Below are positions 34,072 to 46,399 of a stretch of 64,000 bases of DNA, piece by piece. The notes under the pieces are model-generated. The model made no database searches, was not told where the DNA came from, and worked only from the letters and a program-made list of their open reading frames with translations. Position numbers and translations under genes: made by a program. The number at the start of each line of letters is the position of its first letter. Within the stretch, counting starts at the first letter, position 1. Source of the DNA: Vitrella brassicaformis CCMP3155 (lineage: Eukaryota; Protista; Chromerida); contig CDMY01000144.1 in assembly GCA_001179505.1 (NCBI GenBank), positions 62,001 through 126,000 on the forward strand, in the 5' to 3' direction.

Positions 34072-36929
34072 ATGGCGGAGTGCTCGTCTTCACCGAGGCG
34101 GATCAGGCGGCCGCTTGCCATCCTTTATCTTGTTGTCCACCTTCTGCTGGTGGCTCTTGCGTCATGCGCATGCGCCGCAGTTTTATTGGAGAGAGAGCGG
34201 CACTCGTCAGCACGGCAGCCGTCATGCTGTCCATCTTTCATCATCACAACTGGGGTGAGGTTACCCCATGTGGATAATAGTAGGAGGGGCGACGGGCTGG
34301 TGGGTGGCCGCACACCGGGTGCGTCGGCTGCGTCGAGTGGTGGTGCGCAGCAGCAGGTGGTGCAGCGGGAGAGGGAGGCCCTTAAAGTGGGGGATGCCGT
34401 TCAGGTGGTCGGGGAGAACGTCACGCTGTACAGAGTAAGTGCCATTCATTCATATCATTCATCGACATGCTCGAGCTCTTCTCTCTTTTGTGTGTGTGTG
34501 TGTGTGTGCAGTCACCGAATCAGAAGTATCTGGTGCGTTCCATTGACCGCGGGAGCAGCTTGAGGTGGATAAACAACCGGCTCACCAGGCAGATCGACAT
34601 ACTCTTCTGTTTATTCACATTTGAAAAGGTGGATGATTCGCCAGATTGGCGGTTCCCGTGGCAAGATGCTCAACAACCTCATCGACGAGCAACCTGCCCT
34701 CGGCAGAATCATGCAGGAGAATCCCGATTTTATCACATTGGCCGCTTCCAATCCGACGCTGATACAGGTGGGTGGACCAGACAGATATGGAATCATGTGG
34801 GGTGTCCATCCCATCCATGTACGGCAATCAATCTCGTCGTGTGATTGAATCAGATGGTGTCTGGAGGCCCGTTGCTGCGGTTGCTGCTCAACTACAGCGA
34901 GCAGGTGAAGCTCATCGCCAGCCGGCCCAGGCTACTCAACGCTATCGCAGGTCAGTCAGGGGGCGATGGATGGAGGGATGGAGGGATGGATGCACCGATG
35001 GGGCACCACACCACACCACACCGCGTTCATTGTGCGTGTCCTGTGCTTTATCAATCAGATGCTCCGGCCTTTTTGCGTGCCGTTAGTCGTGTGCCTGAGA
35101 TCCTTGATGCCGTCGCCTCCAATCCTGGGCCCATCATGAGCCTGGCTGAGAGCCCCGCCCTGCTGAGAGAGATCGCCAGAAACCCATCGCCAAGTACGTG
35201 TGGCGACACACGTCCACGCACACGCGACGCGTGTGTGTGTGTGTGTGTGTGTGTGTGTTTCGCCTTTTTGCAGTAAAGGTGATAGCTGAGGCGCCAACTC
35301 TCCTCAAGGCGAGCCACCATCGCACAGACACACGTGGCGTCATGCATGCGATTTGACGTGGCTGCTCATTCCTTCCTCCGTTGTCAGATAATTGCAGAGA
35401 ATCCCGGTCTGCTGCGTCGTGTGGCGGAGAACCCAAACCCCCTAACCATGATCTGGCGAGTCAATCAGGGAGAAACAGACACATCATCACGACACACGCA
35501 GTCACGCAAGCACATATTTTTGTCTTTATGTGTGTGTGTGTGTGTGTGTGCGTGCGTGTTGGCCGTCAGGACGACGCCTGTGCTCGTGCAGATGGTCAGC
35601 AGGCGGCCGCCGATACAGACTCACACCGTTCACCGAGAGATGCGAGAGGTGTGCATCCATGTGCGCGCGTGTGTGTGTGCCGCCAGGTGACGGAGAATCC
35701 CATCCTGCTGACTGTCATCCCCCAGAACCTGGCCCTACTCGCAACGGTCAGGCGCGCCAACCACGCACTCAACGAGCCATCCTTTCTTCCTCCCTGTCCG
35801 TGTGCGCAGATCGCTCAGAACCCCACCCCAGTTATCCTTTTGAGTGTGGGTGTACACACACCGACACGCAATGATTATCACACACACCAAGGTGCCAGCC
35901 AAATCAATCATGTATGTCCGTGTGTGTGTTGTTCCAGGAGAATGACAGGCTGCTGCGGGTCATCGCGCGCAACCCCTTCTTCCTCGAGTGAGTGAGGAAT
36001 CCCGGAGAAGCTGGCATGGCAAGCGTGTGTGTCACGGGATTGTTCCTTTCTCTCCCGTGTGTGTGTCGTTGTCAGGGTGGTGGCTGACAACCCGGGTCTG
36101 CTGCAGGCCGTGGCGGAGGACCTGGAGCCCGTCAAGGTCCTCAGCGAAAACCCCAAACTTCTCCACGAAATGGCGCAAAAGTTAGTAAGCCAGCTGCTTG
36201 TCCGTCCGTACTGGTGCTTGAGCAAGGGTCCCATCATGGGCCTGTGGGTGTGTTTTGTGTGTTTTCAGTCCCGGTGTGCTTAAGCTCATCGCCGAGCAGC
36301 CAAACCTCCTCAGGGTACCGTACACACACATACAGACAAAGCAGCCAGCAGCAGTCCGACCATCCATCCAACCATCCATCCTTTCTGTGTCTGTGTCCGT
36401 GTCGTCAAATGCAATTCATGTGTGTCAGATCTTGGCAGCGAACCCCAAGCTGGTCCAGATCGTCAGCGACAACCCAGGCCTGGTCGAGGGACTCGCCATG
36501 GCCGGCGATGTGGTGAGCGAGAGAGAGGGAAACACACGCACACCCCCAAGCCAGAAGGCATCATCCATCCAAACATCCCCGTGCGTAACCAATGTGTGTA
36601 TGTCTGTTGATCGAATCGACCAGGTGTCTCTGTTGGCCCGGCAGATCATCTCCGTCCGGTCCCATCCCATAAGGGTCGATGGCTTGGTGGGCGTTGTGGA
36701 GGATGTCACGGCCTGCTCGCCCAAGGAGGCGTGGTCGCCCACACAGGGAAGCCAGAACAACGGCCAGGCCCGCTCGTCGCAGGACGGTGTGCGCGTAGCG
36801 ATAGTGCGGTTCCCCGACCCTGAGGATGAGCACTTGGCGGCTGCGTTTGAGCCGCATGAGCTGAGACACTTCCATGGGATGGGCAAGGTCAATGGCTGGG
36901 AGGGTGGCGGCAAGAGGGCGACCCAATGA
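34072..36929 (+). CDS. Bipartite-leader protein: ferredoxin-thioredoxin reductase variable-subunit-like SH3 domain interrupted by ~320 aa of 10-residue helical repeats
   Basis: Signal peptide LAILYLVVHLLLVALASCACA. N-half LKVGDAVQVVGENVTLYRSP and C-half IRVDGLVGVVEDV...IVRF...AAFEPHEL resemble the FTR variable chain. Between them about 13 small exons encode (V/I)AENPxLLxx repeats. Confidence 0.65.
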
Positions 36930-37411
36930 CCAACATACGTGATTATAGGAGGGGTGTTAGCTAAGCTTTGGTGCGTGGTGCGAGAGAGGTGTGTGGTGTG
37001 GTGTGGTGTGGTGTGCTCTGCTAAAAGGACGAAGGAAAGCTGTACATCAGACAGACAGACGTAAGGGACTGAATGGGGAGGGTCAAGACATGGAAGAGAC
37101 CAGACCCACAGAAGTAAAAAGGGTGGTTGCCATCGTGATTCTACGCAAATTGACTGACGCAACAGACTGACAGACAGACAGACATGCACGCCGCTGAGTC
37201 ACTCCCCAGCCCACCCAGGTCATCTCATCAGCTGTACAGAGTCAACACAACCATCATTCATTCATTCAGCCGTCAATAAAGAGGAGCTCCCCCTCCTCCC
37301 TCCCTCCCTCCCTCCCTCCCTGCCTCCCTCCCTGCCTGTCTGCTACACAATTCAGCCCCTGGGTGTGTCTGTATCCTGTTGTTGACTGCTGGGCCAGGCC
37401 AGGCCATTTAA

Positions 37412-38441
37412 TCATGTGTCCCTCTTCATGGTGAGTTCGCTCATGACGACTGACGCCTTGCCCTCCTTCTCCTGGTACACGTAGAGGACGATGTTGGGCC
37501 CCTGCACCGCCATCAACATGAACGACGGAACCACCTCGCTGAACAGACAGGCAGCAGGCAGCACAGAAGGAGGATAAGAAGACATCACAGAAGGCTGGCT
37601 ATTCCCCATTCACTCTGCACTGCACTACACTCACTTGCAGAAGGACTGGAAGGCCCCCGTCGCCGACCCGGGATTGATAAAGAACTTCCCCTGATTGATA
37701 CATGACCAACACCGCACTGACTATGCCCGTGTCCCTCATCCAGCTCGTCCATGCCCGCTGGGTGCCTTCGTACCTGCACTTCTGCGACGCTGTCCTTATG
37801 TGTGTGTCCGCTGACGAGCACGTCGCAGTCGAGTTTCCTCTGCCAGTATGAGAGTGCCTCCCGGTCGCCCCAGGGGATCACCTGATGGCCGTGGATCAGA
37901 CCCACCTTGAAGTCACCTATGTGCACCACCTTCGTCTCGGGGAAGTCAAACCCCTGAGGGGAGGGACACACAACCAGCACCACACATGACCGACACACAC
38001 ATGCACACACAAGGGGGTGTCTGACTGGCGGACCGTGTCCATATCGCCCTTGACGATGTGCAGGTTGCCCAGTGCCTTGAGCTGCTCCAGCACAGCCTTG
38101 GACCCAACGTTTCCCGTGCACAGCACATGGCGAATCTTGTCAGTCGGATACTGATCATGACAGACACCAACACACACAGCAAGTAATGCAGCACACGCCA
38201 TCCGATGACGCCGCTGTTTCTCCGCCGGTTGCTTCACTCACTGACCAGCAGTTCCTGGAAGCAAGACGGCATCTCAGATGCCCTCTGAGGGATGTGAAAG
38301 TCGCCTATCAGCAACACAAGCTGCACACACACCAAACACAGACACACACACACACACACCGCCAGTTTAGCTACTCCACACGATGTGTGTATGTGATGTG
38401 CTGCTGCTTACGTCACCGAAGTCGGTGAAGTTGCTCCCCAT
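37412..38441 (-). CDS. VPS29: Retromer subunit VPS29
   Basis: [72 protein letters not shown]. Confidence 0.95.
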
Positions 38442-38575
38442 GGCGGAGCGCCGCTCTACTTCTTCTTTTGGAGTGTGATGAGTCGAATCGGCAAGATCTG
38501 CACCTTCAAACAACACACCGCCTTCCGGCCGTCAGATCCGTCCTAAAGGGCGTTGTGTTTTCAGCAGCAGTCCAG

Positions 38576-38589
38576 TTTTGCGAGCTCAG
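38576..38589. promoter_or_regulatory. Candidate upstream motif TTTTGCGAGCTCAG in the VPS29/RPC8 divergent promoter
   Basis: Exact 14-nt match to 5622-5635 in another divergent promoter. Confidence 0.5.
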
Positions 38590-38700
38590 AAAGACGAAGG
38601 GAAGAGTTGCGCAGATCTGGCCCTACACAGCTCTCTGTGGCGCCAGCCCGTGATGTAGGATGAAGATCATGCCATCTTGACTCATCCATCGTCACGCCCG

Positions 38701-39790
38701 ATGTTCTTTCTGGTGACGCTGGATGACCTGGTTACGGTGGAGCCGGGGGACCTCGGCAAGTCTCATGTGGACCGCCTCATCGCCGCAATACAAACGCGAT
38801 ACGTCGACAGGGTGGGCAAGAGAGAGAGAAACACAGGCACACTTTGCAATAAGGGCTGGGCTCTCTTGTATCTGTGTTGGCTGTATGCCTGGCTGCCTGT
38901 GTGCCCGCAGATCATCCCCGATGTTGGTCTCGTGATAGCCTTTTACGACTTCCTGCGGATGGGCGACGCTCCCATCTTCCCGGGCAACGGGTCCGTGCAC
39001 TTCAACTGCCGCTTCCGGCTGGTGGCCTTTCGGCCGTTCAAAGGCGAGATACTCACAGGCCGGCTTGTCCGGTCGGCACCCGAGGGGCTCACTGGTAACC
39101 AACCAACCAACCAACCAACCAACCAGGGCGGGTCGTGGTTTGCCTGATTGATGGCTGGTGCCTGTGTCCGTGTGTGTGATGTGTAGTGTCGTTGGGTTTC
39201 TTTGAGGACATCCGCATCCCCTGCACTCTGCTGCGGGAGCCGTCCGAATAGTGAGGGAGGAAGGACAGCCACACACATAGAGAGAGGAAGGGAGGGCGGA
39301 TGGGATGGCTCGGATGATTGCGTGTCCATGTGGTCGCCCCCTACATCCCATCTCCCTGTGTGAGGTGAGTGCAGTGACGATGTCGATAAGGTGTGGTTTT
39401 GGCGGTACGGCGAGCACAGTTTGTATCTGGACCTGCTGCAAAACATTCGGTTCAAAGTGGAGGAGGTCCAGTTCCACAAACAAGACGGTCGGTCGGTCGA
39501 TGGGCCAGCAGACAGACAAACCACACACTGACGAACATGACAAGTGGTGCAGCTGTGTGTGTAATGGATTGCTGTTTGGCAGGTGGCCAGCACCCGGTTG
39601 CTCTGTCGACTTCGCGACGTCTGCCGCCGATGACAATCATAGTGAGCAGCATGGCATAGCCACCAGAGGGAGGGGCTGCGTATATTGCATGGTCTTACTT
39701 GTCTCTCCATCCGTGTGTGTGGTGTGTGCACTGCAGGGGTCCATCAACAGCGACGGATTGGGGCTCGAGTCGTGGTGGCAGACAGAGTGA
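38701..39790 (+). CDS. POLR3H: RNA polymerase III subunit RPC8 (RPC25)
   Basis: MFFLVTLDDLVTVEP, VGLVIAFYD, IFPGNGSVH..FRLVAFRPFKGEILTG, VSLGFFEDIRIP, IRFKVEEV, and C-terminal GSINSDGLGLESWW. Confidence 0.92.
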
Positions 39791-40462
39791 CAAAGGCGCT
39801 GAGTCGCCGACTGACCTGACCGGCTGCTGGATATTGTCATCATATATTTGCATGCCCGGCTTAGACAGACAGCATGACCAATCAGTCTGTCCTTCGCAGT
39901 CAGTGGCTGTGGTGTGCGAATGGAATGCCGACAGACAGAGAATGTTGAGGATACACAGTGTTAGGAAGCTTCTCTTGTGTGCCTTCTGCTGCTAGCCCAT
40001 TGCACGGGTAAAGACATGCCTGTGTGTTTGTGTGGGTGTCGACGTGTTGTGGGTGGGTGGGTGGGTAAGTCTACCTGTATCTGCATCTGACTGACATACG
40101 GACCCATCCCATCAGCAGAACAGAACTGTGTGGTTCATTCCGTCCGTCCATAAAACACGGTCTTCACTCACAGACATGGACAGGCAGTCAAGGAAAGGCA
40201 CACAGGGAACGGCCAATCTTCGTTTCCTACTCATACATGCAGTCAGTCGGGGAAAGCACACATTGCAACGCGACGACACCACGCCAGCAGAGTAGAGAGG
40301 AAAAACCCGTTGCTTGCCTCGCTGTGCGTCACTCGTCTCTCTCTTCCCCCAGCTCTAAAACGCCGATGGACAGTCTGTACACTCCCGGCCGAGACCCGCA
40401 AACACGCGATTATCTATCTACCTATCTATTTATCTATCTATTCAATCACCCATTCAATCACA

Positions 40463-41765
40463 TTACTCGTCCTCGCCCCGCCACACCTTGCCCCCCAGGT
40501 GATCCCCCAGCGCTCTCATTACGGTGGTGCGCGTCTGCTCGTGAGGGGCATACTGAGGGGCATACACGGTGGTGTAGATTGAGACATAGCGGAACTTCCC
40601 CGAACCAGCCTCCTCCCCCAGCCGAATGATCGCCATCTGCCTCTCGCCCATCGCCTCACTGTCACACACCACCAGCCGATCGTGGTGTCCATCCCCGCCC
40701 TTCTTCTTGTCGAACACGGCCGCCCCCGCCCCCCACTGTGCCGCACTGCTGGGAGAGGCCGCCAGCAGATCACACACACGCCGGGATGCAGCAGAGGCAG
40801 GACTGCCAGACACCCAGAATCTGATCCGATGGATGTGGCCGCCGTCGGTCAGCCAGTCGAACAGTCCGTGGGCCACCATGGATGTGTAAGTGCGGTATGT
40901 CCATTGGTTCATCTCTGCGGGCGGGTCGGCGGGGTCGAATGCGTCAGGAGGGAAGAGGTGACTGGCACAGGTGAGGACGGTGGGGAGACAGTAGTTCATG
41001 CCGCCGTAGTGGCAGAGAATCTTGTCGCCATCCATCAGGGATCCCTGTTGAGTTCTGTGATTAACCTTGAGCCCCCAGCTGAGTATCTTCCACTGGCGGA
41101 TCGCCTCTGTCGCGGTGAGAAAGGCCGCGCGGCTGGCGAAGACGCCGAAGTTGCCATTTCCCAACACCAGCGGCCTCTTGTCCCTCACCAAATACAGCAT
41201 CTCCAGCACAAGCTTCCATCTGCCCCACTTGCCGCCCCTCTCCATCATCCACAGCCAGCGGCTGAGCTGTTCGATCATCAGTGCTCTGATGGCCAGTGTG
41301 ACGGCCACCCCCTGGGCGAGCTGGGGGGTGGGCACCTCCACAAACACACCGAGGCCGAGTGACGCCACCACAATGGGGAGCAGGCGTGTGAGGATGGGCA
41401 GGAGGATGTCAGGCGTGAGCGAGATGGGACGCACAGGGGAGATGGGCGGCTGCCGGTTGGTGTCGATAAGACGGAAGTAGGCCAGCTGGGAGTAGCTCCT
41501 CACATGTTGGGCGATCCTCACCATCAGCGTCGCGACGCCCAATACGTCTCGGAGGTTGGCGCCCTGCTGCTGCTGGTGGTGGTTGACCAACGATGCATTG
41601 GTGGCACCTACAGCACACGCACACACACATTTGGACAGCTGTGTGTCTGCATGTCAGTGTCTTTCGCTTGCAGTTGAGATGTTGGTTACCATTGGCGGCA
41701 GACGCAGCTGACGAGGACGGCTGGTGAGTAGAGCCAGGGCTACCAACAGCAGCAGTACCCGACAT
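40463..41765 (-). CDS. Lineage-specific hypothetical protein (one >1.1 kb exon plus short 5' exon)
   Basis: 387-aa open frame with W-rich motifs (MIEQLSRWLWMMERGGKWGRWKLVLEMLY, EAIRQWKILS). A Ser/Ala-rich first exon starts near 41765. It resembles expanded chromerid-specific families (from memory, not searched). Confidence 0.7.
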
Positions 41766-42764
41766 CCGTTCACCTGCACAGATCAACACCAGCGTCATAT
41801 TAGTGAATGCATGTTTGTGGATGGCGCCTCATCGATCTGTGTCCCTCCGAGTGGCCCTCTGTCCTTTGCCGTACCCTAGTGCGTCAGGAAGCTACGAAGC
41901 AATGCTCTCGTCCTCTCTGGCCGTGTGTGTTGCTCGACAGCACCAACGCGCCAGAACGTCCCGCAAATCTGCCACCAACACGCAGAGATCACACGGGCTG
42001 TCGCCACTCATGGCCTCGTCCCGTTCTGGCCCTCTCTCTCACCTCAGTTGGCCAGATCAGCGGGACTCAGACAGATTGGCGGCAGCATCTGTGCGGATCG
42101 ATGTCATCACGACCGCTCTTTGGGCATCTCCCGGACCCTCCGCACAGTGCTGTTGTCACTAAAAGCCACAAAACACGCGGGTTCGGAAGTTAAGCTCGCA
42201 ACTGCGAAGTGAAGCCAGTCGTCTCGCAGTCGCCGGGGCGACGGCGCTGTTCAGAGGCAAGGGAAAAAGCGAGTGTCCGCAGAGGTGCCTGCAACAACAC
42301 ACGTTGGTTCAGGAGCGGCTTCGTTCCATCACTCTGTGGTGGCTTACCCTCAGGGTGAGCCTGCGCCATCGAGAGAACTCTTGAAACGCTTGAAACGAGA
42401 GCAGCCGACTGAAACCAACAAGTTTGCTTCGGCGGGGATTCGCTTTCTCGCCGCGAGACAAAGAGACAGTTTGTCTTTTTTTTCGGTCTTTTTGTGTTCC
42501 ATTCCCGCCGTATCTCCGTCGTTACCGATTCCTTGCGCCCGACATAGCCCGACACCGGCACTGGAGCGAGGCTTCCCCGTCACTGAAAGGCTGTGACCGA
42601 CACAGCTCAGCCATCCACCGCCGGACCGTCATCAACTCCCATCTCCTGGCGAACGTCACTTCTGCAGCCAACACTTCGCCGCTGCACCCACCCATGAGCG
42701 CGCCCAACCTGCGCCGCCTGATGGCCACAGCCGTGGAGGCCAATCCCGATCAAGCTAGACCCCG

Positions 42765-44783
42765 ATGAGACGAGGAGGCGACTGCGCTGTTCAGAGGCGA
42801 GAAAAAAAGTGAGTGCCGCGGTTTGAAGCTGCACCCCCGCCACCACCAGCACACACAAGGCGCCCCACCCGTGTATCACAGGGGCGGACAAGTCCGTGGA
42901 GGACCATCTCGTGCTGCAGCGCGCAGTCGGTCGACTCCCTCCCTCGGCATGGCCGATGTGGCCGATGAAGTCGAGCGGCCTCCTGGTGACGGCGCGGGGA
43001 AGCAGAGGAGGGACGGTGGTCAAGAGGACCGGCAGGATGGCATCGAATCACCACTCATGTGTAGGTGGTGGGAGGGAGGCAAGGGAACGGTGTGCATGTC
43101 GTCAATTCACCTTGTGTCTCTCTCTCTCTCTCTCTCTGTGTGTGTGATGTGTGTTGCGTCGATCAGGTTTGGGGGGCACTGCAGAGCATCTCACCAGTTC
43201 GTCAAGTGCTGCGGCAGCATCCACTGGCCACCCGCAAAGGTCGCACACCCGGTCGGCATTCGCCGCAGCCACCAGCAATGGCCAGGAGGACCTTGTGGCA
43301 CAGCTCCAGGCGCAACTTCTGAAGCTGACAGAAGAAACAGCAGAGAAGGTGGGAGGGATGGAGGGAAGGGAAGGAAGACACCGCCGGCTGTGTACGTACA
43401 CCGATTGATGCGCGCCGATTGGTCACACGCCTCTGTTTGATGCGACCAGGATGCACTCATCGCGGCGCTGCAGGCCCAAGTGGGCGAGATCACGGGCAAG
43501 GCCGAACGCGTCAAGATTGCCTACACCAAGCAGGTGCCAAGCAAGGAAGGAAGGACACACCGTCATATGCATCTCCCCTATGCATCTCCATACACTGCGC
43601 CTGAAGACTCGTCTCGAGGAGACCGACCGAGATCTGACGCGTCAGGCACAGCGGGTGAGTGAGAGGACGTCCGTCAGCAGCTGAATGCAAGGTCGATGCA
43701 TCCACCCATGGACGCGTCTGTGCTTGGTTGGCTGGTGCAGGTGTGTGAGGAGGAGCGGCAGCAATCGGCGCAGCTGCGAGAGCAGGTGGAAGTCATGGAA
43801 GCAAAGGTGCACAGAAGCTGGCACACAGACAGGGTCATTCAGGCACTGATTGATGTGTCGATGGCCCATGCATTCAGATGGCCCAGCTGGAGCACGACCT
43901 GAGAGAGAAGGTGAGTGACACGGGTGTGTAACACCAAGCCACATCCATCCATCCATCCATCTGTTCTGTGTGTGTGTGTGTGTGTGTGTCAGGTGGCAAA
44001 AGAGGCCGACGTCTTGAAGAAAATGGAGCGTATGAACAAGGACTAGCGTCAAAAGGTGGGTGGGATGGACGGATGGATGGATGGGCGGAGGTGTAGACGA
44101 AATGGTGAATGCATGGCACCATCTACTTTCGCCTTGCATGTCTCTCTCTGTGTCTGCGTCTGTGTGTGCAGACACGGCAGGCGGAGCATCTCGAGCTCGA
44201 CGCCCAAGCCAGCAGCCGCGAGTGGCGTGAGTACATCGGCCTCCGCCGCCGCGTCTTCAATGTCAAGGCCAGGCGGCTCCACGCCAGTAAGCACACCCCG
44301 CCAGCCAGCCAGTCGACACACACGGGGCGGGAGAGAGATTGATGCTCGCATCCTCCAATACTCACATGTTGTGTGTGTGTCTGTGTGTGTGCCGCTGGTG
44401 CTTCAGAGTTTGATAAGTGGGAAGCCGCCCAGGCCGAGATGGCGTCCCGCGCCGCCAAGGAGTTCCGTGGCCTGCAGGCTCCTGGCACGCACTAACACAC
44501 ACCCCCATAGCCACAGCCAGACGGCCATACATCCCCTCCTCTCTCTGTGTGCCTGTGTGTTATCCTTCCCTCAGCTGGGCCCTATGTGCAACTGCCCCCA
44601 CCGGCCTTCGCCGCGGCCAGCCTGCCCCCGCCTGTGGTGCCGCTGCCGCCGGCGGGGACATTCGCCTTGGAGATGTTCGCCCTCCTGCCGATGGCCGAGG
44701 TCCCCCGCATGCTGCACCACATGCCGGAGTTCGTGCACATGGCCTTCACGCAGGAGCTGAGCATGGCCATGGGACTCGAGTGA
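42765..44783 (+). CDS. Coiled-coil protein with Pro-rich C-terminus; carries an in-frame TAG at 44044-44046
   Basis: A series of phase-0 exons (EDLVAQLQAQLLKLTEETAEK, VCEEERQQSAQLREQVEVMEAK, MAQLEHDLREK, TRQAEHLELDAQ). The frame is kept across the TAG. The start codon is uncertain. Confidence 0.55.
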
Positions 44784-46399
44784 TGCCCGTCAGCGGTGAG
44801 TGAGTTGGGAGGGAGGGTGGGGTGGTCACACACACACACACGCACACACACAGAGAGAGAGAGAGAGTGTCTCAGCCGTGCTCATGGTCTCCCCTGTCTC
44901 TGTGTGCTGTCTGCAGGGCCTGTAGATTAACTGTGCTGTTCCGTTAGTGGTGCTTTCTCAAGACTGTCTGTGTGCCGCGCCCCCTAGCTGCCCACTTGCC
45001 GCTCTCGACTTGTTGCCTCTTGGAGTGATCCGCCGGGGTCGGGGCGGCAGTGGGCGGGGGCAGCGGCACCATGAATGACCGACTGACTGACTGACTGACT
45101 GACGGGATGGATGGATGGCTGTAGTGTGGCTGGCTGGCGCTGTTTTGTCTGTTTCTAGTGATGATGTCGGTGTGTGGGTGTGATGTGCTGGGGGTGTGTG
45201 AGGGTTTCTCCGTTTTATGATGTGGGTCGTCCTTTCTGAGTGTCTGTGTCGGTCTGTGTGGAGTGGATGTGTCGCCGCGCCGCCCATAGCTGAGCTCACT
45301 GCCACCGGCGTGTCTTCTAACCTTCGCTCTGGAGAGTGTCGGCTCTGAGGCCGTCGGTGGCAGTGAGTGGGGCGGCGGCAGTGGATGGATGGATGGATGC
45401 CCCTTGCTCACTACGCCACACCCTCCCGGCACACCGCACCCCACCCACCAAACTAACTAAGGGGGGCGGGGGAGGGTGAACACCGCAGAGAATGACATCT
45501 TGATAGATACGGAGGATTGCTGGAGGGACGGATGTGGGTTATGGTGGGGGCTGTTATGGTCGATGCGATGAGTGTGTTTATCGCGTGTGAGCGTGGTGTG
45601 TGTACCCCTTGGCTGGCCGGGTGGCGGGTGTTCCCTGCCTAATGCGTCTGTGTGGCTGGGTAGCTGAGTGGCGGGGTGTCGTGGTGGTGCGTGTCGCTGT
45701 GCAATATGGCTGCCGACGGTTGGTCGGATGGCCAATCGCCGCCTACATTTTATATCTGTGAGTGATGGCTTCTCCTCATCCCGTCTCATGCACTTTCTCA
45801 GCGTTGGTGCGTGTGTGTTTGGCTGCCGCGGGGCGGCTATGACATCACAACAAATACGTACGATCAAACACGTCGGCTGCGAGAGAACCAACTAGTTAAG
45901 ACGCACACATCTAAATTACCGAAGGCACCAGTAAGTATCCTCAGATGCTCTCTCTCTCTGAAGGAATCTCAGCGATGCATCCAAGCTACACATACATACA
46001 CACACAGACACGATCTTACTGTCTGCTGTCTGTGTCTGATGGTCACGATGATATCAACACACCCACTGAACTGCGGGCCGTTCGCGTATACAGATAGCGC
46101 CGAAGCGCCCCCCGCCTCTCCCGACCCTGCTGCCGCGGGGATGTCAGCTTCCCTCTCTCTCTCGTGTGTGTGTGTGTGTGTGTGGACACCTCATCAGGGC
46201 CGACATGTGCTACTGAGGGTGATCGCGGCGCTGTCCATCATGCAGTTCCAGCCGAGTGAAGGGCGTGGCAGAGAGTCCCACACCATGGCCCCGCTACGGT
46301 CTACTCGCCGGCCGCCGTCAGTCACATCACCGCCTCCCACCACTGCAACCACAGCACACGGGCAGGAGGGCCATTGATGTGATGGCGCGTTGTGATTTC

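Noticed and set aside
44900-46380. ORFs of 100-190 aa upstream of duplicated copy 2
   Set aside because: Microsatellite-derived low-complexity translations. No supported gene model beyond the short MVPLPPP remnant.
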